64,000 nucleotides of DNA. Source: Methanobacteriota archaeon. GTDB taxonomy: Archaea; Thermoplasmatota; Thermoplasmata; UBA10834. How positions within the stretch are numbered: position 1 is the stretch's first letter; the number at the start of each line of letters is the position of its first letter. Location of the stretch: positions 105,788 through 169,787 of the forward strand of contig CP070736.1 in the NCBI GenBank assembly GCA_020347645.1, given 5' to 3'. This document shows positions 9,659 through 18,914 of this stretch, one piece after another. The notes under the pieces were generated by a model, which was not told where the DNA came from, did not search any database, and worked only from the letters and a program-made list of their open reading frames with translations. The position numbers were made by a program, and so were the translations under genes.

Positions 9659-10785
9659 ATCGCCCCCATCTCTCGAAGCTTGTGTCTTACCTCTCCGGGC
9701 GATGGCGGGTCTCCTCCTATCTTCGAGAGCAGCTCAACGCGCTTGCATCCCGCCTCGAGTGCCACGCGTTTGATGCCCCAATAGAGCTGTCCCAGGTTCA
9801 TCTCACATACGAGCAGCTGTTCGCACTTGGACGCAACCTCCTTGATTGGCTCTACCGGGAGCGGCCATATGCTTTTCAGCCGCAACAATCCGACTCTGTC
9901 ATCCTTCGCCGCTACCTCTCGGCCGCCGAACGATGCCGAGCCGTAGGATACTATCATCGTCTTCGACTCTGGCCCTATGACCTCCCACTTGTTGATGTCT
10001 CTTCTGTTGTTTGTGATCTTGTCATTCAGCCGTTTCACAAGCTGTTGGTGTATCGTGGGATCTTCGGGTTCGACTCTGGCTTTGGCCGTGTGCGTGATGC
10101 CGGTTACAGTAGCCTTGTGTCCTTTGCCGAAGGTCTCAAACGGCGGTACGAGGTCGTCAGGGACGTCGTATGCCTCGTCTGAGCGACGGATACCCTTCTC
10201 CTTCCTGTTTACTATTTTGATTTCATTAGGAACTGTGAGCAATCCACGCATGTGTCCTATCTCCGCATCGGAGAGTATGAACGTAGGTACACGGTACTTC
10301 TCTGCATAGTTGAATGCCTTCACCGTCAGATCGAACATCTCCTGGACATTGGCCGGGGCGAACGCAATGACTTGGTAATCGCCGTGCGATCCGTACTTCG
10401 TCGCGAGGATATCTCCTTGCGACGCTCTAGTTGGCTGTCCCGTGGACGGTCCGCCTCTCATCACATCAACGATAACCACAGGAGTCTCTGTCATCGCGGC
10501 GTATCCGATAGCCTCTTGCATGAGCGATAGGCCCGGGCCCGAAGTGGCGGTGATAGACTTCGCCCCGCCCCAGGACGCTCCGATGACGGCGGATATGCAG
10601 GCAATCTCATCCTCCATCTGGAGGAACTCTCCTCCCGCTTCAGGCAGCATGCTGGCGAGTCCTTCGGCGATCTCAGTGGACGGCGTGATCGGGTAGCCCG
10701 CGAAGAATTTGGCCCCGGCCAGAACTGCCGCTTCCATGCAGGCCTCGTTTCCCTGCAGAAAATACTCACCCGGTTTGATGTTCAT
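9655..10785 (-). CDS. korA: 2-oxoacid:ferredoxin oxidoreductase alpha subunit
   Basis: QGNEA, AGYPITPSTE, QMEDE, ATSGPG, RGGPSTG; start placed at MNIKPG after a purine-rich RBS. Confidence 0.93.
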   Translation of the reverse strand: MNIKPGEYFLQGNEACMEAAVLAGAKFFAGYPITPSTEIAEGLASMLPEAGGEFLQMEDEIACISAVIGASWGGAKSITATSGPGLSLMQEAIGYAAMTETPVVIVDVMRGGPSTGQPTRASQGDILATKYGSHGDYQVIAFAPANVQEMFDLTVKAFNYAEKYRVPTFILSDAEIGHMRGLLTVPNEIKIVNRKEKGIRRSDEAYDVPDDLVPPFETFGKGHKATVTGITHTAKARVEPEDPTIHQQLVKRLNDKITNNRRDINKWEVIGPESKTMIVSYGSASFGGREVAAKDDRVGLLRLKSIWPLPVEPIKEVASKCEQLLVCEMNLGQLYWGIKRVALEAGCKRVELLSKIGGDPPSPGEVRHKLREMGAI

Positions 10786-11035
10786 TCCCACTCCCCTCAT
10801 CGCCGGTGGATTCATCCTTCCACGAGATGGCCTGGTCTGGACAGCTCAGGACGCATAGTTCGCAGATGAGTTTCTTCGTTCGGCCGTGGTTGAAGCACTT
10901 CTCAGGGGCGCTCACAACCGCGGCGAAATAGCCCCTATCTGAGATATCCACTCCTCTGGAGAAACAATCATTGGGGCACATGTAGACACAGATGTCGCAG
11001 GCCTTGCAGTGCTTGAGGTTTATCTCAGGTCTCAT
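10766..11035 (-). CDS. korD: 2-oxoacid oxidoreductase delta subunit (2x[4Fe-4S] ferredoxin)
   Basis: CKACDICVYMCP and C..(insert)..CELCVLSCPDQAI. Confidence 0.85.
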   Translation of the reverse strand: MRPEINLKHCKACDICVYMCPNDCFSRGVDISDRGYFAAVVSAPEKCFNHGRTKKLICELCVLSCPDQAISWKDESTGDEGSGNEHQTG

Positions 11036-11272
11036 CTGTAACCTTCCCGTTCAATCAAGTGGTTCATATTTTAACTTATTCAAAGCATGGGAAAACCACC
11101 CGACAGTTCTCCCAAGAAGCGAGATATTGTTGGTGGCTTCCGTGCCAAGCCTGGAGAACGTGACTCAGATTGGCGGGGTCAACCCTGCTTCACTGCTCTC
11201 TACGACAGCGTGCATCCATCTTTGGGGAGAAGTAATTAATAGAAATACCAGGATACTCGAAAAACGGAGACG

Positions 11273-12184
11273 ATGAACACCCTTCAAGATGAAATCCTCA
11301 GGCTGAAGAAGGACAAGAACGCAGTGATTCTGGGTCACAACTACCAGCGAAAAGAGGTGCAGGAAATATCCGATTTCCTGGGCGATTCGTACGGCCTTTC
11401 CGTCAAAGCGACGAAGGTCGAGTCGGACATCATAGTATTCTGCGGCGTGGACTTCATGGCCGAGTCAGCCAAGATACTAAACCCTGGCAAGACGGTGCTT
11501 CTGCCCAACGTCAAGTCCGTATGCCCAATGGCGGCGATGGTGGATGTAGACCCTCTGAAGGCGCTGAAGGCCAAGAACCCGGACGCGCCCGTAGTGTCGT
11601 ATGTGAACACAAGTGCTGCTGTGAAAGCAGAGACGGACATCTGCTGTACATCTGCAAATGCAGTGAAGATTGTCAAATCGCTGCCTAACGAGAAGATCAT
11701 ATTCGTCCCTGACACGAACCTCGGTCTCTACGTCAAGCGGTTCGTCAAGGACAAGGAGATGATTTTATGGCCCGGGTACTGCCCGACACATGTCAACATC
11801 AAGGTGGAAGACCTCAAGGCGCTGAAGGCTGAACACCCTAACGCCGAGGTGTTCGTGCACCCGGAGTGTACGCCGGAGGTCATCGACTTCGCCGATTTCG
11901 CCTATTCGACGGAAGGGATCATCCGTCATTCGGTGTCCTCCCCGAAGAGGGAGTTCATAATCGGAACCGAGACCAACATGATCCATAGGCTTCGCAAAGA
12001 AGCGCCTGGAAAGGAATTCTTCGGCGTAGAAGCTGCAACGTGTCCGAACATGAGGGAGATATCGCTCGAGGACGTGCGCGACGCACTCCTAAAGACACAG
12101 CACAAGATAGAACTCTCCAACGAACTGATAGCCAGGGCGCGGATCCCGCTCGAACGCATGATAGAGGCTGGTAGACAGGACTGA
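11273..12184 (+). CDS. nadA: Quinolinate synthase
   Basis: ILGHNYQ, FCGVDFMAESAKIL, CPMA, YVNTSA, HPEC, CPNM. Confidence 0.97.
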   Translation: MNTLQDEILRLKKDKNAVILGHNYQRKEVQEISDFLGDSYGLSVKATKVESDIIVFCGVDFMAESAKILNPGKTVLLPNVKSVCPMAAMVDVDPLKALKAKNPDAPVVSYVNTSAAVKAETDICCTSANAVKIVKSLPNEKIIFVPDTNLGLYVKRFVKDKEMILWPGYCPTHVNIKVEDLKALKAEHPNAEVFVHPECTPEVIDFADFAYSTEGIIRHSVSSPKREFIIGTETNMIHRLRKEAPGKEFFGVEAATCPNMREISLEDVRDALLKTQHKIELSNELIARARIPLERMIEAGRQD

Positions 12185-12201
12185 AATCTCATCGCCGGAC
12201 A

Positions 12202-12849
12202 CTATAGCAGTTCACTAACAGGCCCTATCGCGAAGTACACTCCGAAGGCTATCATAAGGACGCCGCAGGCGCCAAACACGACTTCGTGCACAAGCGGTGT
12301 CCAAAGATGCTTAGTTCTGAACACCGCGAACGAGGTGAATGCGTACCACGCGAGGTCACAGCTCCAGTGTACAACTGCGAATACGAAGACTATGATCGCG
12401 CCGTACTCCAGTGCCGCCGTTATCAACAGAGCGCCAACTGTGGCCCACCAGAGGAAGAAATAAGGGTTCGCCGAAGTGGTTATCGCCCCGACAGTAAGGG
12501 ACTTGTAGGGAAAGAGCTGGCCTTTTGTCGCTGAACTCATCTTGCGCGAACGGACCATGGACGCCCCGAGGAAGATAAGCAATCCTCCTCCTACGAGCCC
12601 TATCCCCGACTTCACTATTTCGTTGGTGAATATGAACCCCATGCTCAGTATTATGACGGCCATAAGGGGGAATTCTATGAGCCCGTGTCCCAACGCTATC
12701 TTGATGCCTGCCTTTTCGTCCTCGTATCCCTTGGCTACGGTCGCAGCGAACACTGGTCCGGGCGTCATCACCCCCGAGAACGATATTAGGATTGCGAAGC
12801 CGAAGAAGACCCAAATGTTCTCTGTGAGGAGGTCGGATAGGAGGTCCAC
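12202..12849 (-). CDS. LysE-family transporter
   Basis: SGVMTPGP, ALGHGLIE, ANPYFFLWWATVG; about 6 TM segments. Confidence 0.88.
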   Translation of the reverse strand: MDLLSDLLTENIWVFFGFAILISFSGVMTPGPVFAATVAKGYEDEKAGIKIALGHGLIEFPLMAVIILSMGFIFTNEIVKSGIGLVGGGLLIFLGASMVRSRKMSSATKGQLFPYKSLTVGAITTSANPYFFLWWATVGALLITAALEYGAIIVFVFAVVHWSCDLAWYAFTSFAVFRTKHLWTPLVHEVVFGACGVLMIAFGVYFAIGPVSELL

Positions 12850-12941
12850 GGAACGTAATCACGCTGAACCTCATATATAACCAGTCTCCCCTCGCGTCAG
12901 ATGCCTAACCGCAATATAGGAGTAAGGCGATTGCGGATGCG

Positions 12942-13001
12942 ATGATGATAAGAGGGTCAGCTGAGGGCAGGAAGCCCCATGATGAGCCCTATGAGTGCTG
13001 A
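12942..13001 (+). ncRNA. Box C/D methylation guide sRNA
   Basis: C ATGATGA 12942-48; 12-nt guide; D' CTGA 12961-64; GGGC-AGGAA-GCCC hairpin; C' ATGATGA 12979-85; 12-nt guide; D CTGA 12998-13001. Lies in an intergenic gap. Confidence 0.92.
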
Positions 13002-13114
13002 ACTGGCACATTATCGAAAAGCATCGTTGCCAACTCGTACAGAGCCCTCTGGACGCTCGGAAGGGGGGCTCACGATCCGTACGATGGGTTCGCCATTTGT
13101 GAAGATGGCTCCTC

Positions 13115-13654
13115 CTAGATCTCAATACTGCCGTAATCGAGTTCGCAAGTCCTCTTGAAGTATCCCTTCTTGTGCTTGCAGTTAGGGCACTCATCGGGAG
13201 CTTCCTTTCCCTCGTGCAGATATCCGCAGTTCGTACAGAACCATACTTCGTCTCTGTTCGAATTGTAGAGCGAGCCGTCCTTCATCCTGTCAAGAAGCAA
13301 CTGGTACCTCTTCGCGTGGTGCTTTTCGCTCACGATAACGTGTTCGAAGTATTTCAGCGCGTCTGCGTTCCCCTCTTCCTTGGCATCCTTCGCGAAGTTG
13401 GGGTACATCTCTGTCCACTCGTAAGTTTCTCCTGCTACTGCCTGTTGGAGATTCTCCTCGGTCGTTCCGACAATACCCATGAGTTTCATGATCATGGCTG
13501 CGTGCTCGTACTCGTTTTCCGCAGTTTCCTGGAATATCTTTGCAATGGCTTCGTGGCCCTCCTTCTTGGCGGCTCCGGCCCATTTCATGTACTTCGCCCT
13601 TGCCTGCGCTTCGCCAGCTAGAGCTGCTTTGAGATTCTCTTCCGTCCTGCTCAA
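13115..13654 (-). CDS. rbr: Rubrerythrin
   Basis: TEENLKAALAGEAQA, ExxH diiron motifs, C-terminal WFCTNCGY...CPNC. Confidence 0.95.
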   Translation of the reverse strand: MSRTEENLKAALAGEAQARAKYMKWAGAAKKEGHEAIAKIFQETAENEYEHAAMIMKLMGIVGTTEENLQQAVAGETYEWTEMYPNFAKDAKEEGNADALKYFEHVIVSEKHHAKRYQLLLDRMKDGSLYNSNRDEVWFCTNCGYLHEGKEAPDECPNCKHKKGYFKRTCELDYGSIEI

Positions 13655-13757
13655 GATCCTCCCTCGGAATGAGTGAACGAACTCCCTGCATAAGAAATAC
13701 GCGCCTCAATCATCCGGTACCTAACGAGATGAGAGGGCGTGCCATGTCTATGTCACG

Positions 13758-14273
13758 CTAAGACTGAATTGAGACAATGTAGTCGATGAATTTGTTGAGC
13801 GGCATGCCGTCCCTCCAGCGCATGATCAGGTTCCCCTCCTTCGAACTCTCAATCTTCGGGAGACGGTCGTAAATGAAGCGGAGCCTGCCGTTCACCGGTC
13901 CCATCTCGATTGTGAAGATTCTCCAAGCATCGCCTCTATGTCCCTTATGCCTGAACGCGTACACCGGCATGAGACCGACGCGCCGGCAGTCCTCAACCAT
14001 CTCCTGCGCCTGGATGGTCAGCTTCTCGCTCCTGCTGAACCTCAGGACTGCGCTGGTCGAGCTCTTCACTTCTATCGGCAGAGACAGCCCTTCCCGAATG
14101 GCAACGAGGTCCACGCCGAGGGAGCCCGCTCCCCTCACAACCATGAAGGGCTTTTCCTCGATCTTGCGATAACCTTCCATCTCTGCACGGTCGCAGGTCT
14201 TGGTCACCCTAGCGAGGACGTCTTTGTTCGCGGTAAGAATACCCTTGAGCTCGCGCTCAAAAACCTTTCCCAT
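13758..14273 (-). CDS. hjc: Holliday junction resolvase, Thermoplasmata type
   Basis: FERELKGIL, VVRGAGSLGVDLVA, IEVKSS (PD-(D/E)xK). Confidence 0.85.
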   Translation of the reverse strand: MGKVFERELKGILTANKDVLARVTKTCDRAEMEGYRKIEEKPFMVVRGAGSLGVDLVAIREGLSLPIEVKSSTSAVLRFSRSEKLTIQAQEMVEDCRRVGLMPVYAFRHKGHRGDAWRIFTIEMGPVNGRLRFIYDRLPKIESSKEGNLIMRWRDGMPLNKFIDYIVSIQS

Positions 14274-14320
14274 CCCATCGCCTTGCGAGTCTGTATCGCG
14301 CTGCGGGCATTAATCTGTTG

Positions 14321-14842
14321 CTACAGGCAATCGGCAAGCGCCTGTGAATCCAACTCCTCTAGCGAGAGTTCGTCGAGGTCACCGAAATGCAGGGAGCACT
14401 CGGAATCCTGGTCCTTTACTTTTGAGACCAGCTCCATATCCGTCCTGCAGCTGTAGACGATGAATAGACGCTTGACAGAGACATTGCTGTAGTGTCTCGT
14501 CACATCATACAGCGCCCTTGGCTCCGCCTCCTGAACGACAGCTCCAAATAGTCCCTCCGCGACGCGGAGGGCGGCCATTTCCGCAGTTTCCCCCATATCT
14601 ATTCTTGCGCATGGCAGAGTCCACCTCGTCGCCCCTTTCGCCTTCATGAGGACCACGCCGTCACCCTTCCTAAAGACCACGACGACCTCACCCTTGCATG
14701 GAGTGTAGTCGAGGTCCAGTTCGTGGTCGATAAGGTCGAATTCGTATCTTCGCACGATGAGCGAAGGCGTCCTCGCCGCGAGTTCGTCTATCTCATCGGC
14801 CGTCGGCAGCTCGAGCAGAATCCTCTTAGATCTCTCTGTCAG
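14321..14842 (-). CDS. NUDIX-fold protein (degenerate Nudix box)
   Basis: WTLPCARIDMGETAEMAALRVAEG. The frame is open back to a CTG overlapping the aspS stop; the ORF-track start is 14755. Confidence 0.6.
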   Translation of the reverse strand: MTERSKRILLELPTADEIDELAARTPSLIVRRYEFDLIDHELDLDYTPCKGEVVVVFRKGDGVVLMKAKGATRWTLPCARIDMGETAEMAALRVAEGLFGAVVQEAEPRALYDVTRHYSNVSVKRLFIVYSCRTDMELVSKVKDQDSECSLHFGDLDELSLEELDSQALADCL

Positions 14843-16167
14843 GGAATCAGCCTCGCTCTGTCTCTAGGGTACAGCACGGCCTCCCTTATGTTCGAGAGAT
14901 TCAGCATCTTCTGTACGTACCTTTCTATTCCGAAGCCGAATCCGCCGTGAGGCGGCATGCCGAATCTGAACGCCTTCAGATAGAATTCGAACGATTGGAG
15001 GTTCATATCGTTCTCCCTCATCTGCGAAACGAGCACATCGTATCTGTGCTCTCTCTGACCCCCCGAGACTATCTCCTGTCCTCTGTAATCGAGGTCAAAG
15101 TAGCCAGTGAGCTCGGGATTCCTGTCGTCGCGCTTGGCGTAGAAGGTCCCTCTCTTGAGCGACGTGGGGAACTGTGTGATGAAGTACAACTCGGATTCGC
15201 GCTCCCTCAGCATTATGTCTCCCAAGAGCTTCTCCCCCTCGGTGCCGAGGTCGTCTCCGTGCTCGATGGACATGTCATTCGAGTGAAGCATGTCTATCGC
15301 CTCCTCGTAGGTCACACGCGGATACGGCGGTTCTGGGACTGGGAGATCGACTCCCAGGAGTTCGAGCTCCTCGCCCGCCTTCTTCAGGATGTGTTTCAGG
15401 CTGGCGTGGACGATTCCTTCAGCGACATTCATGACGTCGTCCGACGACTCTATGAACGCCAGTTCGACATCGAGAGAGGTAAACTCCGCTATGTGCCTCA
15501 CGGTATCTGAGGCCTCTGCTCTGTAGGCCGGCGCAATCTCGAACACCCGGTCTACGCCCGAAGCCATGAGATTCTGCTTGTAGAGCTGAGGGCTCTGAGC
15601 CAAATAGGCGCTCTTGTCGAAGTACTTGATCGGGAACAGAGTCGCACCCCCCTCTGCTCCCGCCGCAACGATCTTCGGGGTGCTGACTTCGAGGAACCCC
15701 TCGTCAGAGAGATACTCTCTGATGCCTTCGAGAGTCACGGCCCTGACGCGGAAAATTGCCCGGACGCTCTCCTTTCTGAGGTCCATGAATCTATTGTTCA
15801 GCCGGGTGTCGAGGTCCGCTCCGACCTTGTCAATCACACCTAATGGCAGCGGGCTCTCGGCTGCGTTCAGAATCTCGAACTCATCAGGCAGCACCTCAAA
15901 GCCCTTCTTGGCCTCCTTGCTCTCTTTGACTACGCCCTTAACGACTATCACCGACTCTCTCTGTATGGCCGTGATATCCTTGAACAGCGCAGGATCCTTC
16001 TTCTTCAGAACAGTCACTTGTATGATTCCCTTGCGGTCTCTCAGCTGAATGAATGAAATGCCTCCCAGGTTGCGTGTCTCCTGCACCCATCCCCCTATCG
16101 TAACGACGCTCCCCGTAAGGTCAGCGTTGATCTGATCGGAATATGTTATTTGCTGCCAAGAGGGCAA
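14839..16167 (-). CDS. aspS: Aspartyl-tRNA synthetase (archaeal type)
   Basis: OB-fold GWVQETRNLGG, RLNNRFMDLR, LAQSPQLYKQ, GMPPHGGFGFGIER. Confidence 0.97.
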   Translation of the reverse strand: MPSWQQITYSDQINADLTGSVVTIGGWVQETRNLGGISFIQLRDRKGIIQVTVLKKKDPALFKDITAIQRESVIVVKGVVKESKEAKKGFEVLPDEFEILNAAESPLPLGVIDKVGADLDTRLNNRFMDLRKESVRAIFRVRAVTLEGIREYLSDEGFLEVSTPKIVAAGAEGGATLFPIKYFDKSAYLAQSPQLYKQNLMASGVDRVFEIAPAYRAEASDTVRHIAEFTSLDVELAFIESSDDVMNVAEGIVHASLKHILKKAGEELELLGVDLPVPEPPYPRVTYEEAIDMLHSNDMSIEHGDDLGTEGEKLLGDIMLRERESELYFITQFPTSLKRGTFYAKRDDRNPELTGYFDLDYRGQEIVSGGQREHRYDVLVSQMRENDMNLQSFEFYLKAFRFGMPPHGGFGFGIERYVQKMLNLSNIREAVLYPRDRARLIP

Positions 16168-16274
16168 ACCGACTCACCTTTGTCGCGTAACCTAGTCATG
16201 GATATTTACTTTTTTGCAGGCAAGCACGCGGACCCTCATCTTGCGCGCGCAAATAGTGCGTTCTGCGGAAGCGG

Positions 16275-17147
16275 TCATTCGTGCATCGCGATGGCAATTC
16301 CAGCAACGATCACGACCCCGCAGACAACGGTCGCCAATTCCACCATCTCGTCTCTGAGGGCCCATGCGAAGAGCGACGCGAAGACCGGCATAAGGTAGAT
16401 GAAGAACGCCAGGCGAGACACCTCCACCTTCCTCAATGCGGTGAGGTAGAGCATCGAAGCGACCCCTGCGCAAAGGATGCCAAGCACGATTATGTTCAGC
16501 ATTGCGATCGGGTCGGCATCTGCCCTTAGGTCCGTTTCGATGGGCAGGGAAACGGCGAGCAGTGCAGTCCCTATGATTATCGAGAGGCCGATTACGAGGA
16601 GCGGAGGGTTGCGCTCCAGAACGCGTTTGGCGGACACCCAAGCGAGGCCGTAGGAGATTGCAGAGACCATTATGATCGTGTTGTTGATGAAACTCTCGTT
16701 CTCTAGCGATACCCCGCCGTTCGTTACGAGTACCAGCGTGCCGGCAATCGCGATGATCGTACCCGTGGCCTTCGCTCTTGTCAGCCTTTCCCCGAGCAGT
16801 GCGATCGCGAACATAAGCGTGAGGACTGGCCCTGATGATTGAATAACGCAAGCCACCGATGATGTGCTGTGCTGAAGAGCCACGTTCTGTGCTATGTTGG
16901 GGATGGCGACGTACAACGCCCCGAGGAGCGTTATGGGTCTCCACTCCCGTCTCAGAACGTCGCCGATCTCGTTCATTGGGTGAAGCAACGACAAGACGAC
17001 GGCCATCATTGCCGATGCTGTTCCAAACCTAAGGAACCCAAGCATGATCGGCGAAAAGAACTCCAGACTGTCCTGGATGAGTGGAAAAGCCAGCCCCCAT
17101 AATGCGACTGCAGTTACCGCAGCCAGAGATGAGTTCAGTTTCTTCAT
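16275..17147 (-). CDS. EamA/DMT family transporter
   Basis: About 10 TM segments in two repeats; LWGLAFP, P..LGFLRF, LLGERL. Confidence 0.88.
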   Translation of the reverse strand: MKKLNSSLAAVTAVALWGLAFPLIQDSLEFFSPIMLGFLRFGTASAMMAVVLSLLHPMNEIGDVLRREWRPITLLGALYVAIPNIAQNVALQHSTSSVACVIQSSGPVLTLMFAIALLGERLTRAKATGTIIAIAGTLVLVTNGGVSLENESFINNTIIMVSAISYGLAWVSAKRVLERNPPLLVIGLSIIIGTALLAVSLPIETDLRADADPIAMLNIIVLGILCAGVASMLYLTALRKVEVSRLAFFIYLMPVFASLFAWALRDEMVELATVVCGVVIVAGIAIAMHE

Positions 17148-17236
17148 GGTTTGCGCCGTCGCTGAGAGCTGATGCACAGGACGGATAAAACATCTTGCAG
17201 GCGGCGCTCAAGGGTTGCACGCCTGTTCGGGCTCGC

Positions 17237-18643
17237 TCACACCGGTCTGCAGTGTCCGCCACGTCCCGTGCCTACGAGTCGTCTTCCCTCTTCATAGAGG
17301 CACTTGACCGCTCTCGCAGCTCTCATTGCGGACGGGTACACGGGTATGTTCTTCACCCGCAGCTCCTGCACGACTTCGTCCACCTCTGGCCCTCCGACCC
17401 AACAGGCGACGATTGGCTTTCTGAGGCGTTTGTTCTCCTCGACCAGCTTTATCACCGCACCGACATATTCTCTTGGCCGCGCGATGCCAGCATGGACGCA
17501 GGTCATTATCAGCGCATCGATGTTCGGATCAGCGAGCATAATGCTTCCCGTGACGTGATATCTGTGAAATCGGGCATCCCCTGTGACGTCCAGCGGGTTC
17601 CTTGCGGTGGTTATCGGTGGCAGATGTGGTTCCAGGGCTTCCCGGGTCTTCTTTGCCAGGTCGGGCACCTCCAGGCCGAGCGACTCGCACCAGTCTGCGG
17701 TCATTATCCCCGCACCGCCACCGTTGGACACAATGCCAACCCTGTTCCCGCGAGTGCAAGGCTGGTACGCAAGTGCTCGGGCGAAATCGAAGAGCTCGCC
17801 GACTTCGAAGGCTCTCTGTATGTGGACCTGTCTGAAAGCAGAGTCGTAGACGACATCGGAACCGCTCAGGGACCCCGTATGCGTGGATGCTGCCGCAGAG
17901 CCCGCGGCAGTGCGTCCAGCCTTGATCACGACGATGGGTTTCTTGCATCTCCTTGCGGACTCGAGAAACTTCTTTCCGTCCTTGATACCCTCGATATACA
18001 TCGCGATCACTTTTGTGGCGTCGTCTCGATCCAGATAGTCGATTAGGTCTGCATCGTCCACATCTGCCTTGTTGCCGACGGAAATGACTCGCGATAATCC
18101 GATATGCTCACCATTGGCGTAGTAGATCATGCCCACACACAAGGCGCCACTCTGGCTTACCAGGGCGATCTCGCCTGGCTTGGGCATGCCAAAGACGAAC
18201 GCTGCATCGAGGTTGTCTATCGGGTCCTTGTATCCCAACGTATTGGGCCCGATTACCCGCATGCCCCCCTTTCTGGCGATATTCAGGACCTCGGCTTCGA
18301 GCTGCCTTCCACGCTCGCCAATCTCAGCAAACCCTGACGTGATTATTATCGCACCCTTGACCTTCTTCTTGGCGCACTCAGTCATCACTTTAGGTACGAA
18401 CTCCGCTGGCACAACGATGATTGCGAGATCGATGTCACCCTTGACGGCCAGGACGCTGGGGAGGGCGGCGACGCCGAGGATTTCCGGCGCCTCCGGGTTT
18501 ATCGGATATACCTTCCCCTTGTAGCCATTGACAAGAATGTTCTGCAGGACTTCAAATCCGAGTTTAGTGGGGCTCCTCGACGCTCCGATGACTGCGATGG
18601 ACTTCGGAGAGAAAATCGGCCTTAGCTCGTCGACGATTCCCAT
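17237..18643 (-). CDS. acdA: ADP-forming acyl-CoA synthetase alpha subunit
   Basis: PKSIAVIGAS, IGPNTLG, SQSGAL, phospho-His motif STHTGSL, SNGGGAG, NPLDV. Confidence 0.93.
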   Translation of the reverse strand: MGIVDELRPIFSPKSIAVIGASRSPTKLGFEVLQNILVNGYKGKVYPINPEAPEILGVAALPSVLAVKGDIDLAIIVVPAEFVPKVMTECAKKKVKGAIIITSGFAEIGERGRQLEAEVLNIARKGGMRVIGPNTLGYKDPIDNLDAAFVFGMPKPGEIALVSQSGALCVGMIYYANGEHIGLSRVISVGNKADVDDADLIDYLDRDDATKVIAMYIEGIKDGKKFLESARRCKKPIVVIKAGRTAAGSAAASTHTGSLSGSDVVYDSAFRQVHIQRAFEVGELFDFARALAYQPCTRGNRVGIVSNGGGAGIMTADWCESLGLEVPDLAKKTREALEPHLPPITTARNPLDVTGDARFHRYHVTGSIMLADPNIDALIMTCVHAGIARPREYVGAVIKLVEENKRLRKPIVACWVGGPEVDEVVQELRVKNIPVYPSAMRAARAVKCLYEEGRRLVGTGRGGHCRPV

Positions 18644-18891
18644 TGTCCATCATCCCTAAGTCGAAAAGAGACATCTCCTCGCATAAGTCTTTCCATCGTT
18701 TCTCACAGAGTGATAGATGGCGATTTCTACTCGCACGTCAACACTTCCTTGCATGGAGGACCGAGCGATTCTGTCCGCTTGGCCCTACAATCTATCAGAA
18801 GCGCCTTCCCAGAACCCTGCCGCGTCCTTCCCTGCTGATGGCCTTGACGCGCACGCTCATTCTGCGGATGGTCGGTGTAGTTTTCGCTTGA

Positions 18892-18914
18892 CATCGGTTA
18901 ATATATATCCGATG
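18892..18914 (+). promoter_or_regulatory. fbp-tpi promoter TATA embedded in an inverted repeat
   Basis: CATCGGTTA-ATATA-TATCCGATG (8/9 IR) spans TTAATATATA about 55 nt upstream of the fbp ATG. Confidence 0.55.

Noticed and set aside
18701-18715. TCTCAC-AGA-GTGATA resembling the Thermococcales glycolytic motif
   Set aside because: The spacer is 3 nt instead of 5 and one arm has a mismatch.
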